A stretch of DNA of 64,000 bases from positions 6,696,001-6,760,000 of the forward strand of contig NW_027361868.1 in NCBI RefSeq assembly GCF_039654945.1. The letters are read 5' to 3'. Position 1 is the first letter of the stretch; each line of letters begins with the position of its first letter. Of this stretch, positions 1-11,755 are shown in pieces. This stretch comes from Dendrobates tinctorius (lineage: Eukaryota). Below the pieces are notes generated by a model. The model saw only the letters and a program-made list of their open reading frames with translations. It did no database searches and was not told the DNA's origin. Position numbers and translations under genes: made by a program.

Positions 1-138
1 GGGCCCAATATGAAATGAAAGCTGCACTGTGATTGGTTGCTAAGAGCAACAACATGGATTCTTAAAACTCCCCTATCATTTATATTTACTGTCTAACATG
101 GTGAAAAACTGTTTATGCTATATTTTAACTACGGCCCC

Positions 139-613
139 TGTTGTGAGCTCATTTTCTCACCAAAAATGTCCCAACACGTCTGATAGGAAAAACGGCCCTG
201 AAGTCACTAGACTTCAAAATCCCTATATCAGCACTCCGATATATTCTGAAGACAGAGCAAAAGAGATTTAACCGATCAGGGACAAAAATGGAAATTCAGC
301 AGAGCTCCAGCTGGGGCTGGCAGAACACAAAACTAAGCAAATCAGACAAAATCTCATGGAACAATAACAGAGCAAAACTTAGCTTTAGAAGACAGGAACT
401 GAACTGGAGGCCAGAGCTCAGAGCAGAGAAATCACCAGCAACCCTACAGGGCGTCAGCTGCCTTATATCCACTCAGAGATTCCGGATGTCCAATCGCAAT
501 CCACCTGTTCAGGTGACAGGTTTCTCCCATCCAAATCAGTTTCACCACCTCCTTTCACCAGCAGAGGGAGTTCATCAGACATCAAAGGTGATCGAGAAAA
601 TGAGCTCACAACA
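139..613 (-). mobile_element. Truncated LTR (U3-R part) bounded by perfect 20-bp terminal inverted repeats; 6-bp TSD GGCCCC
   Basis: Starts TGTTGTGAGCTCATTTTCTC (139-158) and ends GAGAAAATGAGCTCACAACA (594-613); GGCCCC at 133-138 and 614-619; interior 160-600 aligns by eye to the solo LTR at 31120-31650. Confidence 0.8.
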
Positions 614-647
614 GGCCCCATAATGGAGAAGAAAGGAACAGCTGTTA

Positions 648-859
648 GGCCCGAGTTCAGATGGGCGTATGTCACGGTCTATATATGGACCACAATTCCC
701 AAACTGAGCGCAGATTTCCCTACCCAAATTTACAGCCAAATGCAATGACTGGAATGATCACCTGACCTGAACTTACAGAAACGTTTTGCGGCTGTAAGTT
801 TGGGTTAGAGACCTACGGTCCATATACGGACAGTGAAATACGCCCGTCTGAACATGTCC
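648..859. mobile_element. PIF/Harbinger-type MITE
   Basis: Imperfect TIRs GGCCCGAGTTCAGATGGGCGTAT / ATACGCCCGTCTGAACATGTCC; TTA on both sides. Confidence 0.6.
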
Positions 860-1139
860 TTAGAAGGAGAAGAGTTTTTACTACAGATGACTGAATCAAA
901 CTCGCTTCAAATTTTACATTTGCCAGAATTGGAATTGACATTTGATGTGTTCAAATCAAAAGAAAATGGTAGCCGGATGGATTCGTTTTAGGAACAGGAA
1001 CATATGGGGTCGACCCAGACCCCATATGCCCATCCATAAAGCTCTTCGCCTGGTCCTCCTGCACAGTTCACACTCTCCTAGCTCGGCCTTCATCTTTACA
1101 GTGCTCTGTCACTCACTAGGCCTCATGTGATGTCATGAT

Positions 1140-1368
1140 TAGGGATGAGGGAACCTGTGGATGTTCTGTTTTTTTGGGTTTTAGCAAACTTTAGTTCAGT
1201 TCGGGTACCAGAAGTCTAATCGGCCCCAGAAAAGTCAATGGGGATCCGAACTTTGGTGCTGAAAATGGTCGTAGTAAGGGGTAGGGGGCTGCAAAAGTCT
1301 ATTTCTCTTCCGTGTTTGGAGTTTTGGTACGAACCCCAAACTTTACACTTCGGGTTCGCTCATCGCTA
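1140..1368. mobile_element. Non-autonomous DNA transposon (hAT-like, TAGGGATGAG termini), internally deleted
   Basis: TAGGGATGAGGGAACC ... GGTTCGCTCATCGCTA inverted ends; interior resembles the element end at 25843-26000. Confidence 0.5.
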
Positions 1369-1516
1369 GTCAGGATGCTGCGGGATGACGCATATCATGA
1401 TGTCATTTAAGGAATCGTGAGCATCAGAAGCTTTGAAGACCACTGTGAAGATGGAAGAGCAAACTGGAGGGAGCTAACTGCGCGGAGGACGGGATGCAGA
1501 ACTGTGCTAATAGATA

Positions 1517-2160
1517 CACTGCTAAAAAAAAATAAAGGGAACACTTAAACAACAGAATATAACTCCTAGTAAATCAAACTTCTGTGAAATCAAACTGTCC
1601 ACTTAGGAAGCAACACTGATTGACAATCAATTTCACATGCTGTTGTTCAAATGGAATAAACAATAGATGGAAGTTATTGGCAATAATCAAGACACCCTCA
1701 ATAAAGGAGTGGTTCTGCAGGTGGGGACCACAGACCACATCTCAATACCATTGCTTTCTGGCTGATGTTTTGGTCACTTTTGAATGTTGATTTTGCTTTC
1801 ACACACGTGGTAGCATGAGACGGACTCTACAACCCACACAAGTGGCTCAGGTAGTGCAGCTCATCCAGGATGGCACATCAATGCGAGCTGTGGCAAGAAG
1901 GTTTGCTGTGTCTGTCAGCGTAGTGTCCAGAGGCTGGAGGCGCTACTAGGAGACAGGCCAGTACACCAGGAGATGTGGAGCGGGCTGTAGGAAGGCAACA
2001 ACCCCAGCAGCAGGACTGCTGCCTCCGCCTTTGTGCAAGGAGGAACACTGCCAGAGCCCTGCAAAATGACCTCCAGCAGGCTACAAATGTGCATGTGTCT
2101 GCACAAATGGTTAGAAACCGACTCCATGAGGATGGTCTGAGTACCTGACCTCCACAGGGG
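1517..2160 (+). mobile_element. 5' fragment of a Tc1-like transposon with disrupted transposase N-terminus
   Basis: TA followed by CACTGCTAAAAAAAAATAAAGGGAACAC terminus; ATG at 1815 reads [44 protein letters not shown] (paired-like HTH) with a premature stop; no right TIR. Confidence 0.75.
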
Positions 2161-2521
2161 GCGGTAACGTGTTCTTATGGCTGTTATATAGGGATTATAC
2201 TCAATGTGTTTAGATTGGTGCATGTGTGGTCACCCGCACCCCCGGCTGTTACATCACATCCGGTCTCATCCTAGGTGTGGCCAGGCTGGGGAAATCCCCT
2301 GGGACATCACTACCCAGCCTGCACCAGGGATCAAGAGACTTTCGGTGATGCTTCGTTTAGCTGTGCCCACCAGGCATGCGCACTCACATGAATGACACCA
2401 TCTTCACTACTGGAAAGGACAGCGGTGGACATTTTAGAATAAGGCAATTTCTCCAGCACCCATCTCGTCCCATAGTAAGTCAATAAAAGAGTGAAAAGAG
2501 GTAGAAGAAAAAAAGCAGTCA

Positions 2522-2742
2522 CATCCTAGAACTGTTTCTTTTTTGCTGCTCAGTCACACTGTTGACTCATGTGAAGTCTGTAATCTATTAGTATACCCAA
2601 ATCTTTTTCACACCTGCTGTTGCTTAGTTCTATTCCTCTCATCTTGTAGCTGTAATTTCTGTTTTTCTTGCCCAGATGTAGAATTTTGCAATTATCCCTG
2701 TTAAATACAATTCTATTAGTCTCTGCCTATTGTTCAAGCTTA
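2522..2742 (-). mobile_element. CR1 LINE ORF2 fragment
   Basis: Colinear similarity to the CR1 segment at 19780-20010. Confidence 0.65.
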
Positions 2743-3939
2743 TCTTAAGTCTATAGGCAATACCAAAATATCTCGAGCCCATAACCCTTTAGGTAAATAG
2801 AACTTCAATGACCTGCTTAACTCCTTAAGCTACATTTCCACGATGAGTATTTTTTCGCTGCGTATTTTCAAAAAAATGCAAGTAACCTATTTTACTTAGT
2901 GGGTGCAGAAATTGTGCAGAAAATCTGCAATATCAAAAACTCACCAAAAGCTCATCATGGGAACATAGCATTAACGACTTCTGAAGGTGTGTGGTGCGGG
3001 TTATCTTTTGGCATTGCAGCATGGAGAGGAGTGACCGGTTCATTGTGCACTCTTTTTTAAGAATAAGCTGTTACTACACTTTTAAAGTAGCCGTGAGCTC
3101 TGTAAAGCGGGATCAGGGGAAGTTCCGATCCTGGCCTTGAATTTCATGGTTCGTTTTACTCACTCTGTGATATTTCTTTTTTCAGCACACTTTCCCTTCT
3201 GTAGGTAATTTGCACTCTGCTTTTACTGCTGGTTATTTAGGAGGGACATGAAGCGCTCGACAGCCCTTCAAGCAGCATAGATCCGATTTGACATCATCTA
3301 GTCTGTGGTTATGGCTATCTCAACTCTTGCAAGAACCAGTAGGGACTGTGGAGTCAGTATCTCTAGTCTGTACAGGAATCAGCAGGGTCAGTTGCAGTCT
3401 TTAGTGTGTTACCTATTTTAGTGTGTTGCTACACTATGATAACAATAGGTGATGCATTTTAAAACTAGACAATTATGGCGGCTGTCTTTTCCAATTTTTT
3501 ACACCTGATTGTTTGGAGATATTCTTTAAAGGGAACCTGTAATCTGATTTATGCTGCCTAAATTGCAGGCAGGATGTAGATTCTTGCTGCACGAATGAAG
3601 TCAGGCATATTTTTCTATGAAATGCTCTTGTGTCTCAGGGACTTCAAGTTCGACTTTAAAAATCCAGCCTGAGACCATAATCAGACAACTCTTTTCAGTG
3701 CTGCTAGAGATGGTTGACATGTCTCACCCCCCCTTTGTACACACACCTGTCAATAACCTGCAGCAGTGCTGCGAAGAGCCAGCCATGGGCGATGCCAGAC
3801 TAGTTTTGTCTCCGGCTATGGTCCCTAGCTAAATGTTTAAAGTATATTGACTGATAAGTGGGGAAAGAAACATTTTACATAGTTTTTTCTTTCTTTGCTT
3901 GTAGTATTGATTAATTAGATTAATTGCAGTTACTGATAG

Positions 3940-4246
3940 AGAACATGTACCTTGCCAAAAATGACATTTTTTGCATAGTGTTAATGCTGCTGTTGTCCTG
4001 AATTCAGAATTATTTTTTGTTTCCTCACTTCTTCGTTCCTGAGATATGGCCCCCTTTTCCGTCTATGCAAATCTAGTTTTTTAACCAATTGGTAATGACT
4101 CTCACAGGGAAGAGTTGGGGGTCACGCGGCCCACTTGGCTGGAAAGACTAGATTTATTTACAGTGAAGCCGGCAACAGAGAGGCGAAGGAACGGAAGAGA
4201 AACAACTCCGGATTCAGGAGAACAGTGGTATTTAACCAAGTTAAAA

Positions 4247-4292
<46 letters not shown>

Positions 4293-4314
4293 GCAAGTGC
4301 CAGGTCTTCTTTAA
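3940..4314. mobile_element. Kolobok/T2-type MITE (TTAA end) containing a (TA)n tract
   Basis: Internal inverted arms (CCTGAATTCAG/CCGGATTCAGG; AAATCTAGT/ACTAGATTT); ends GGTCTTCTTTAA; related to 33390-33725. Confidence 0.45.
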
Positions 4315-5866
4315 TACATAGATATTAAGACTTCAGAGCAGCAGTGCCTCCTAGTGGCCAAGTTGTAGAGTGGAATAATAGAATAACTACAATTTTCAAT
4401 AAATAAATTACTTTTAAACTTTGCAGCACCCAGATAATGTAATATTTAATCTCTACAAAGTCTGTAAGGTACAGAATATTCCATTGCTATGTCCCTATGA
4501 GAATCGAGGAGGTTTAGAAGATTCTGCAGTGGGTGCTGCTGCAATGCAGTATTTTCCTCAACTGATCTGTAATCACTGAGTGTTTGATCTGGCTCATCTA
4601 CTTCTTGGCTCTAAAAGCCAAGTAAGCTCCTTGGCGTGGCTGTGATTTGGCAGTACCTCTAAGTTGTGTAAGTTGCCCATCTCTAGCCCACATGTCCTTG
4701 CCAGGAGATGCTTTCAAATTACATTTAAAAAAAAAGAAAAAAGCCCACAGCATCCAGCAACCATCGGAGGGAAGGGACGGGATACAAAGCCACAAAACTG
4801 ATTATGTAACACATATTACACTTCCATAAAACACAACGTTGCTTCGCTGGGTTATATCTTCTCACTTCTATGGAATGATAGATCAAATCCTGTATTTTCT
4901 ATCATTTGGGCATTTAGTTTCTATTACAGCCACTTGCTACATGTCTCTGCTTGAGATGGCATTGTGCCCCAATAACAGTGGCAGCTTCAGTGACATCAAA
5001 ACAGTGACAGCTAGTGTCACATAACACAGCCAGTCGTAGTGCCCTGTAGCCTGGCAGTAGCCATCACACCACCAAGCATAGTGGCAATTAATCACAACGC
5101 CTTGAAGGCGTGCCAGTTTGTGCTCCATATCAAATTTAACCAAAATGCCCTAAATTACTTACACCTACATGCCACCATAACACCGTAAGTCTATGTTTCC
5201 ACGGGGCGTATTCCTTCAGTATTTGCTGCGGATTGAACGCTGCGTACAGCCGCAGCGTCCAATCCGCAACGTCCAGATGTTACAGCGTAGTGGAGTGGAT
5301 TTTATGAAATCCCATCTCCATTATGCGTGCAAACTCACAGGCAGCACACCCGCGTAACCGGACATGCAGCGCGTCTTTATAGACCGCAGCGTGTCTATTT
5401 ATCTTGCGGAGACGCTCCATCTCCGCAAGATAAATAACATAGTCTATGTATAGGATGCGGTGATTCCACATGTGTTCAATGAACACATGCGGAATCACTG
5501 CGCGTTCAAAAGGGGGCAGCACTTTGGGCGGAGCTGGGTATCCGCTACTGCCAATATGCCCATGGACACATACCCTAACATTACCAGTGACAGTGGCTTC
5601 ATAGCCAGGGCTGACGACAGCACCAGGTGGACCAAGACAGCACCAGTCTTAGGCTGAATGGTGCCTCATGCTCTTTGCTGTCCTTACCCCATTGTTTTTT
5701 TTACTCATTCTGCGCAGGACACATGAGTAGGCAGGAGGCAATCCTTTATATCCTAGGAAAATTAATTTAGGCTTTTTTCACAGATTCATTTCCCCCCCCC
5801 CTGACATGAAACGCACACGTATTATACAATAAACCTCAGACTCATCATGTCTGAACTAACCCATAA

Positions 5867-6804
5867 GAGGGGTCGTCCACTGCTAGGATAAGGCCGGTTT
5901 CACATTCGCGCTTTTGAGCGCAGCGACGGCCTGCGCACGGCCGCCGCTAAGCCCCGCCCCCTGCCCCGCCTCCACCGGTATCTCCGCCTCCGGGCGCATG
6001 ACGTTGCATGCGTCGTGCGTCCCCTATCTTCATCACAGAGGGCGCAGGCCGTGCCCTTCTGCGCACAGTCTGCGTTTGGCGACGCATGCGTCCTTTTGAC
6101 GGTGCGCCGAGCACAACCAAAATGCAACAGGTTGCGTTTGGCGCTGCTCGGCGCACCGTCAAAAGGACGCATGCGCCGCCAAACGCAGACTGTGTGCAGA
6201 CTGCGCACGGCCTGCGCCCTTTGTGATGAAGATAGGGGACGCACGACGCATGCAACGTCATGCGCCTGGAGGCGGAGATACCGGTGGAGGTGGGGCAGGG
6301 GGCGGGGCTTAGCGACGGCCGTGCGCAGGCCGTCGCTGCACTCAAAAGCGCGAATGTGAAACCGGCCTAACCCCTACTTGAACTAAATGTTTGGCCCGAT
6401 AAAGTACAAAAACCTATACTCAAGTCCTGTGCCAGCACCGTTCAAGCGGTGTCAGCACTCGCAGTTCCGGAGCTCTGGTCGAATGGCACGTGGTGCCCGG
6501 CGCGCAATCAGCGCCGGCTTCACTGTCCCCGCCTTCGTACGGATTGAAAATGAAGAGGAAGTCAGAGATCAGCTGCAGCATGGACTTCCTCTACAAGTTC
6601 AATCGTACAAAGATGGGGATAGTGACCCCAGCGCTGATTGGACACCTGGCTCATGTATCACAACAACTGCACGGGACCCCGGGACCATGAGTGTTGACAC
6701 CGCTGGAACGGCGCCATCACGTCAGGTTAGTGTAGGCTTTTTTATTTTGTCAGGGCCAAACATTTAGTTTAAGAAGTGATTGCCCTAGTAGTGGACCACC
6801 ATTT
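5867..6804. mobile_element. Kolobok/T2-type MITE whose left TIR is interrupted by the palindromic MITE at 5892-6367
   Basis: GGGTCGTCCACTGCTAGGATA(A)CCCTACTTGAACTAAATGTTTGGCCC matches the reverse complement of 6753-6800 once the insert is removed. Confidence 0.6.
5892..6367. mobile_element. Near-perfect 476-bp palindromic PIF/Harbinger-type MITE, TSD TAA
   Basis: GGCCGGTTTCACATTCGCGC...GCGCGAATGTGAAACCGGCC; TAA at 5889-5891 and 6368-6370; mirror ORFs on the two strands are nearly identical. Confidence 0.9.
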
Positions 6805-6852
6805 TATAGTGCTACTCCAGTTAAGAACATTTAAGCCTTATCCAGAAAGAGG

Positions 6853-7510
6853 GTATCACGATTGTTGTCGGGTTTTCCAGGACCACGGGCTCCTTCCCTG
6901 TCCCTACTGCTAGGGGTGCCCTGGCTTGCCCTGTTCTCCGGATTACTTCTGATGGTGAAGACACCGGGGCCACGTATCTTGCCTCAACTCTTTAATCTGT
7001 CGTCAGTCTGTGCCTTTCCCCCACCCAGGGAAGATGGGAGTAGTAGTATACCGTAATACACCAACCAGACTAACAAGGTAATACAAACAGGGATAAAGTA
7101 AAATACCAATCATACAAATATACTCATTCAAACAAAAGAGGTAAACACTGAGGAGTGGAGGATGGGGACAAACTAAAGTAGGAGAAGAAGGGGATTAGCA
7201 CACAACCAAAACCTTGCAACAGTCTTGGATAAATCCACCAAATGCCTTCTCAAACAACAACAACAACAAACCACCATCTCCAAAACCATGCAGCATGAAG
7301 CTAGCTCTTGCAATGAGTGTTTGTCAGGGCCCAGAATATATAGGAGATGGGAGTGGCTAACAGTGAAGAGCTGAGACCCTTAATGCAGGAAAGCTTCCAA
7401 AAGCTTTTACATGAGCAGATTAACCCATGCACTGCTAAAAGAAACCTGCATCTTTTAATATTAAGGTGAAGTATTTCTAATCAGTGCAGGAGTAAGAGAA
7501 ATCAGAAGCT
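6853..7510. mobile_element. Probable degraded LTR fragment
   Basis: Composition and layout resemble the other solo LTRs in the window; termini and TSD not resolved. Confidence 0.3.
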
Positions 7511-7589
7511 GCGGCCAGTGACGCAACTACAAAGTTATGGGCCCCGGTGCAAACTTTCAGTTGGGGCCTCCCATTCCAAAATACATGCA

Positions 7590-8001
7590 CATCTACACTC
7601 CATACACCTCGTACACACATGGCTCCGCTCCGTACACCTCGTACACACACGGCTCCGCTCTGTACACCTCGTACACACGTGGCTCCACTCCGTACACCTC
7701 GTACACACACGGCTCCGCTCCGTACACCACGTACACACACGGCTCCGCTCCGTACACCTCGTACGCTCCGTACACCTCATACACACACTGCTCTGCACTG
7801 TACTCCTCGTACACACGGCTCCGCTCTGTACACCTCGTACACACGACTCCGCTCTGTACACCTCGTACACACGTGGCTGTGCTCCATACACCTCGTGCAC
7901 ACATGGCTCTGCTCTGTACACCTCGTACACACACAGCTCTGCTCCATACACCTCGTACACACATGGCTCTGCTCCGTACACCTCGTACACACACGGCTCC
8001 G
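7590..8001. repeat. 30-bp minisatellite (GGCTCCGCTCCGTACACCTCGTACACACAC)n, left half
   Basis: About 13 visible units; follows a hAT-like terminus CAGTGACGCAACTACAAAGTTATGGGCCCC at 7516. Confidence 0.9.
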
Positions 8002-9703
8002 TGTTTTGAACTCTCTTAATCTGACTTTTGAGGCAGGGCTCCCTCTGGTGGATACTGCTGGTAGTGGAGCTGGTCAGGCTGATGGTAATCCAATAGCTGT
8101 AGAGGATGATTGCAGGAGTGGGTGTGGTGACTTGGAGCATATAAGCGAGCAAGATTCTCACAGTTGCTGCCGGTGATTGACTTCTTTCTGTGCATTTTTG
8201 AGGATATCTGTCTCCTGCCTGATCCTGCATTTTTCAGCTTAGTTTCATTTGCTAAATCCTTTGCATCTGATTTTGCCTTGCTGTTAGGGTTCAGCCTGCT
8301 CCCCCTGGGGCTGCTGGCTCCTGCCCTGTATGTTACACCTTGTGTTTGTTTGCTCAGTCTCCTGCTGTATTAGCCTGTTGCTTGCTGCCAGTTCACACAT
8401 GAGTGCTGATATAGTGTGTCACATGTGCTGTCCTGGGTGACACGACCCGCAGGCCGGTAACTCAAACAACAAGACCAACACGTGTAACTGTCCTGTGTGA
8501 CACAACCCGCAGGCCGGTAACTCAAACAACAAGACAAGAGGGAAGGGGAAACAGTTACAACAGTGGGCCCTGCAAAAGGGAACGGGGACGTGGAGACCTG
8601 CTGCACTCCCCTGAGGCAGTGTCCCTAAGCACTCCTAGCGATCCCTATACAGGCTCCTCACCTGTCGCCGAGCAGGATACCTGAGTCCCTAACTCACCCT
8701 GCACCTATCCCTTTCTAGGGAACTGGGTGATGCAGACACTACTCCCACTGCTGCACTAATACACACAAAGGAAAAAAAGGGAAAAACACCAAAACACTTA
8801 TCTTGCTCTGCTGCAGTCATCAGACAGCAGAGTGCAGCACCAGATAAACTTTTACAGTGGCTCAACACCTCAGAGCCAGCTGCCACTTCACCATCTCACT
8901 CTGCTGGGGACACCGGGTAGGCAGAGTTCACACCAGTTTCAGTAGTGGCTCTACATCTCAGAGCCAGCTGCTCTCTTCACCATGGTTGGAATCCACAAAG
9001 GAAACGCTGCTATCACCAACCCCTGCTGATAGACCAGCTGACCTCATATAGCAAAAGAGGAGTGGACACATCAGCAGGGACCAAAAACATGTAATAACCC
9101 CGGTGACCACCGGGGGCAAAAGGTAAAACAAAGAAAGCATCAGATGTAATGACACTTGTGGCCACCGGGGGGCAAAAACCCATATTAAGCCCCCAGAAGC
9201 CTGAAAATAAAGGTTTACATGAGGGAACCCAGACTCTGACACGGATCCAAGAATTGGACCGTGACATAGTGGGGGCGAGGTTGTGTATGTAACCTCAGTA
9301 TTTTTGTACATCAGACGTGTTGGAATTTTTAGGGTTTTTGCGTGATTGCAGACAGTGCCTTTCCTGTCCTGTCCTATCTAGACAGTTTGGGCCCCATCAT
9401 TTGCTCATTCTATTTTCTGTCTGTGTTTGTGCTTCATCTTGTCTCACCGACAATATATGTTGGGGGCTATCTAGTCTTTGGGGGTTCTGCTCCGGGGCAG
9501 TTTAGATTTCACCTTTCTTACTTCAGGCTTAGTTATCTCTCCGGCTGTGCTGAGGCATCTAGGGCATCGTAGGTACGCCCCATGGCTACTGCTAGTTGTT
9601 TTTTTTAAGATTAGGGGTCTGCAAACCGCTGAGTGACCAACCACTCTGGTTTTCTGGTGGCATAAACTATTACTCCATCCTCCTCGGTGACCCATTCATA
9701 ACA
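8002..9703 (+). mobile_element. Solo LTR (TGTTTTGAA...CATAACA), 6-bp TSD GCTCCG, interrupted by a second solo LTR
   Basis: TG..CA ends; GCTCCG at 7996-8001 and 9704-9709; removing 8417-9271 gives a continuous reverse-complement match to 30745-31653; TATA-like TATAA at 8140. Confidence 0.8.
8417..9266. mobile_element. Solo LTR (TGTCACA...GTGACA), 5-bp TSD TAGTG
   Basis: TAGTG at 8412-8416 and 9267-9271; TGTCAC/GTGACA inverted termini; internal 60-bp direct duplication (8428-8535). Confidence 0.85.
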
Positions 9704-10100
9704 GCTCCGCTCTGTACACCTCATACACACGGCTCTGCTCCGTACACCTCCTACACACATGGCACTGCTCCATGCACCTCGTACACATGTGGCTCCGCTC
9801 CTTGCACCTCGTACACACACGGCTCCGCTCCATGCACCTCCTACACACATGGCTCCGCTCCATACACCTCCTACACACATGGCTCCGCTCCATGCACATC
9901 GTACACACACACGGCTCCGCTCCGTGCACCTCGTACACACACGGCTCCGCTCAGTGCACCTCGTACACACGCGGCTCCTCTCCGTGCACCTCGTACACAC
10001 ACGGCTCCGCTCTGTGCACCTTGTACACTCACAGCTCCGCTCCATGCACCTCGTACACACAGCTCCGCTCCGTACACCTCGTACACACAGCTCTGCTACA
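9704..10100. repeat. 30-bp minisatellite, right half
   Basis: Same unit as 7590-8001; resumes in register after the LTR. Confidence 0.9.
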
Positions 10101-10339
10101 TCCACACTGTAAACCCTTCCTGACCCCGCACATATGCTTTACCTCATCCAGCACCATGACAACCTGCACAGCAGAGTCCTGCAGACACTGAGGCCCCTGA
10201 TCATGTGATCCCTGACTCCTCCCCACCTGTGACCTCATCACAGGTCCTGTGCGCACATTGAAGAAAACAGCCTATAAATGGTCACTAGGACTACCTCATG
10301 CAGAGCTTACCCATGGTGGATGAATAACCAAAGCGCAAG

Positions 10340-10378
10340 TGCCCTGATGCGCGTTTTGCTGTGGCTTCCTCGGGGGCA
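10340..10378 (-). ncRNA. Degenerate minimal type-I hammerhead ribozyme motif
   Basis: Minus strand TGCCCC-CCGAGGA...AAAA-C-GCGC-A-TC-AGGGCA; closely similar to the motif at 61448-61489. Confidence 0.45.
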
Positions 10379-11314
10379 GTGTGTTACACATTTTATTACT
10401 TGGTGTTTGTTATTGGTACTTGTGCATATGTCCGTGTCAGCAATGCAGAGAGGACAATACAAAGGGTCAAAAACAGCTTAATAGTTAAGCTAGATAAATA
10501 CAATGACCCACACACTATGCCCCTTAGATAATGATCAAGGGAAACTATCCCGGTAAACCTGTGACAGGGGGCTTCATCCGAGAAAATAACATTACCCCAA
10601 TTCTCTGCAGTACAATCCCTGTCCTTTCTGCAATGTTATTTTATCTGATAAAACCCCTTTCAGACTGTTTGGGACAATTGAAGACACTAAAAATGTCCTT
10701 AAGATCAATTTTTGGCACTTCAAACACAATAATACACTTAGGGGTAAAAAAGAATTCACTAATTATCCCCAAAAGAAGCGAACCAACACACCATATATAT
10801 AAAAAATATTATTTTATTGAATATCAAAAATATTCCAATTTTAATACAAATTACAGACTACATAATACCTTACTCATAACATACCCCAACGGGGAAAAAT
10901 GCACAGACCATGAACACGGATAAATAATCCTTCTGTTAATAATCATAATATTCCTGTACAATTCATGGAATAAGGCAACAAGACCAATATTATAATAATC
11001 CTAAATAGGAATCAATCTAACCTTGCCGTTATAAGACGCCACTAAGTTTTATAGTATGCAATCATAAGTCTCACTCTAAATATAAAAATTCAGGGTAATA
11101 AGAAATCCTATGAGGTTATAGAGATACGACATAATACCAGCACCATATAAAGCCTTCATATCGACAAAATCGGGGAGGATTAATCTAACCCCGCTGTGAA
11201 AAGCACCGATACAACATGGGCTAAAATATACTTATAACACATAAAATGACAAGGTAGAAGAGCTATCAAACTGATAATTACCTTAGACCAGATTATGCAG
11301 GTGTAAATAATCCT

Positions 11315-11575
11315 GTGCACAGATCCCCGCGCGAGCACTTCAATTCTATTTTGACAAGCAAAGGGGTCCCTAGACTTATTAACCATGTGAGAGAAGCACA
11401 CGGTGCCAATCCCGATGCATTATCATTTGCTGGCATAGAAAGGGTTACTCTACCCTCACGGGGAGGTGATCTGAATAGGAATTTATTGAAACGAGAGGCC
11501 AGGTGGATTATGCAAACCCGTGATTTAGAGCGTACGGGACTCAATGAGAGGATTGATATGTCTGTTTTTTTGTGA
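11315..11575 (+). pseudogene. C-terminal GIY-YIG endonuclease fragment of a Penelope-like retroelement
   Basis: REH...H...H...L.F.GIE.V....RGGD....LL.RE.RWI......GLN, the characteristic end of Penelope/Neptune-type ORFs; followed by an AT-rich 3' region and a hammerhead motif. Confidence 0.75.
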
Positions 11576-11755
11576 AATGAAATAATTTTTTTTGCAAGAA
11601 ATTTTTTTTGCAAGGGAAGTCATTTTTTTTTGTGAAAAATCATTATTTTTTCGCCTCTTTCTGGCATGTGGTTTTTTCTCTTTTTCCATTTGTATTTATG
11701 GTACTATTATGTGTATTATATATTTTTGTTTTTACTTATGTGAACTATGTATATA

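Noticed and set aside
5900-6359. Paired Arg/Ala-rich ORFs on opposite strands
   Set aside because: Mirror translations of a GC-rich palindromic MITE.
7477-10256. Many overlapping 100-230-aa ORFs (HGSAPYTSYT / EPCVYEVYGA repeats)
   Set aside because: Artefact of a stop-free 30-bp minisatellite that is open in several frames on both strands; no splice or domain evidence.
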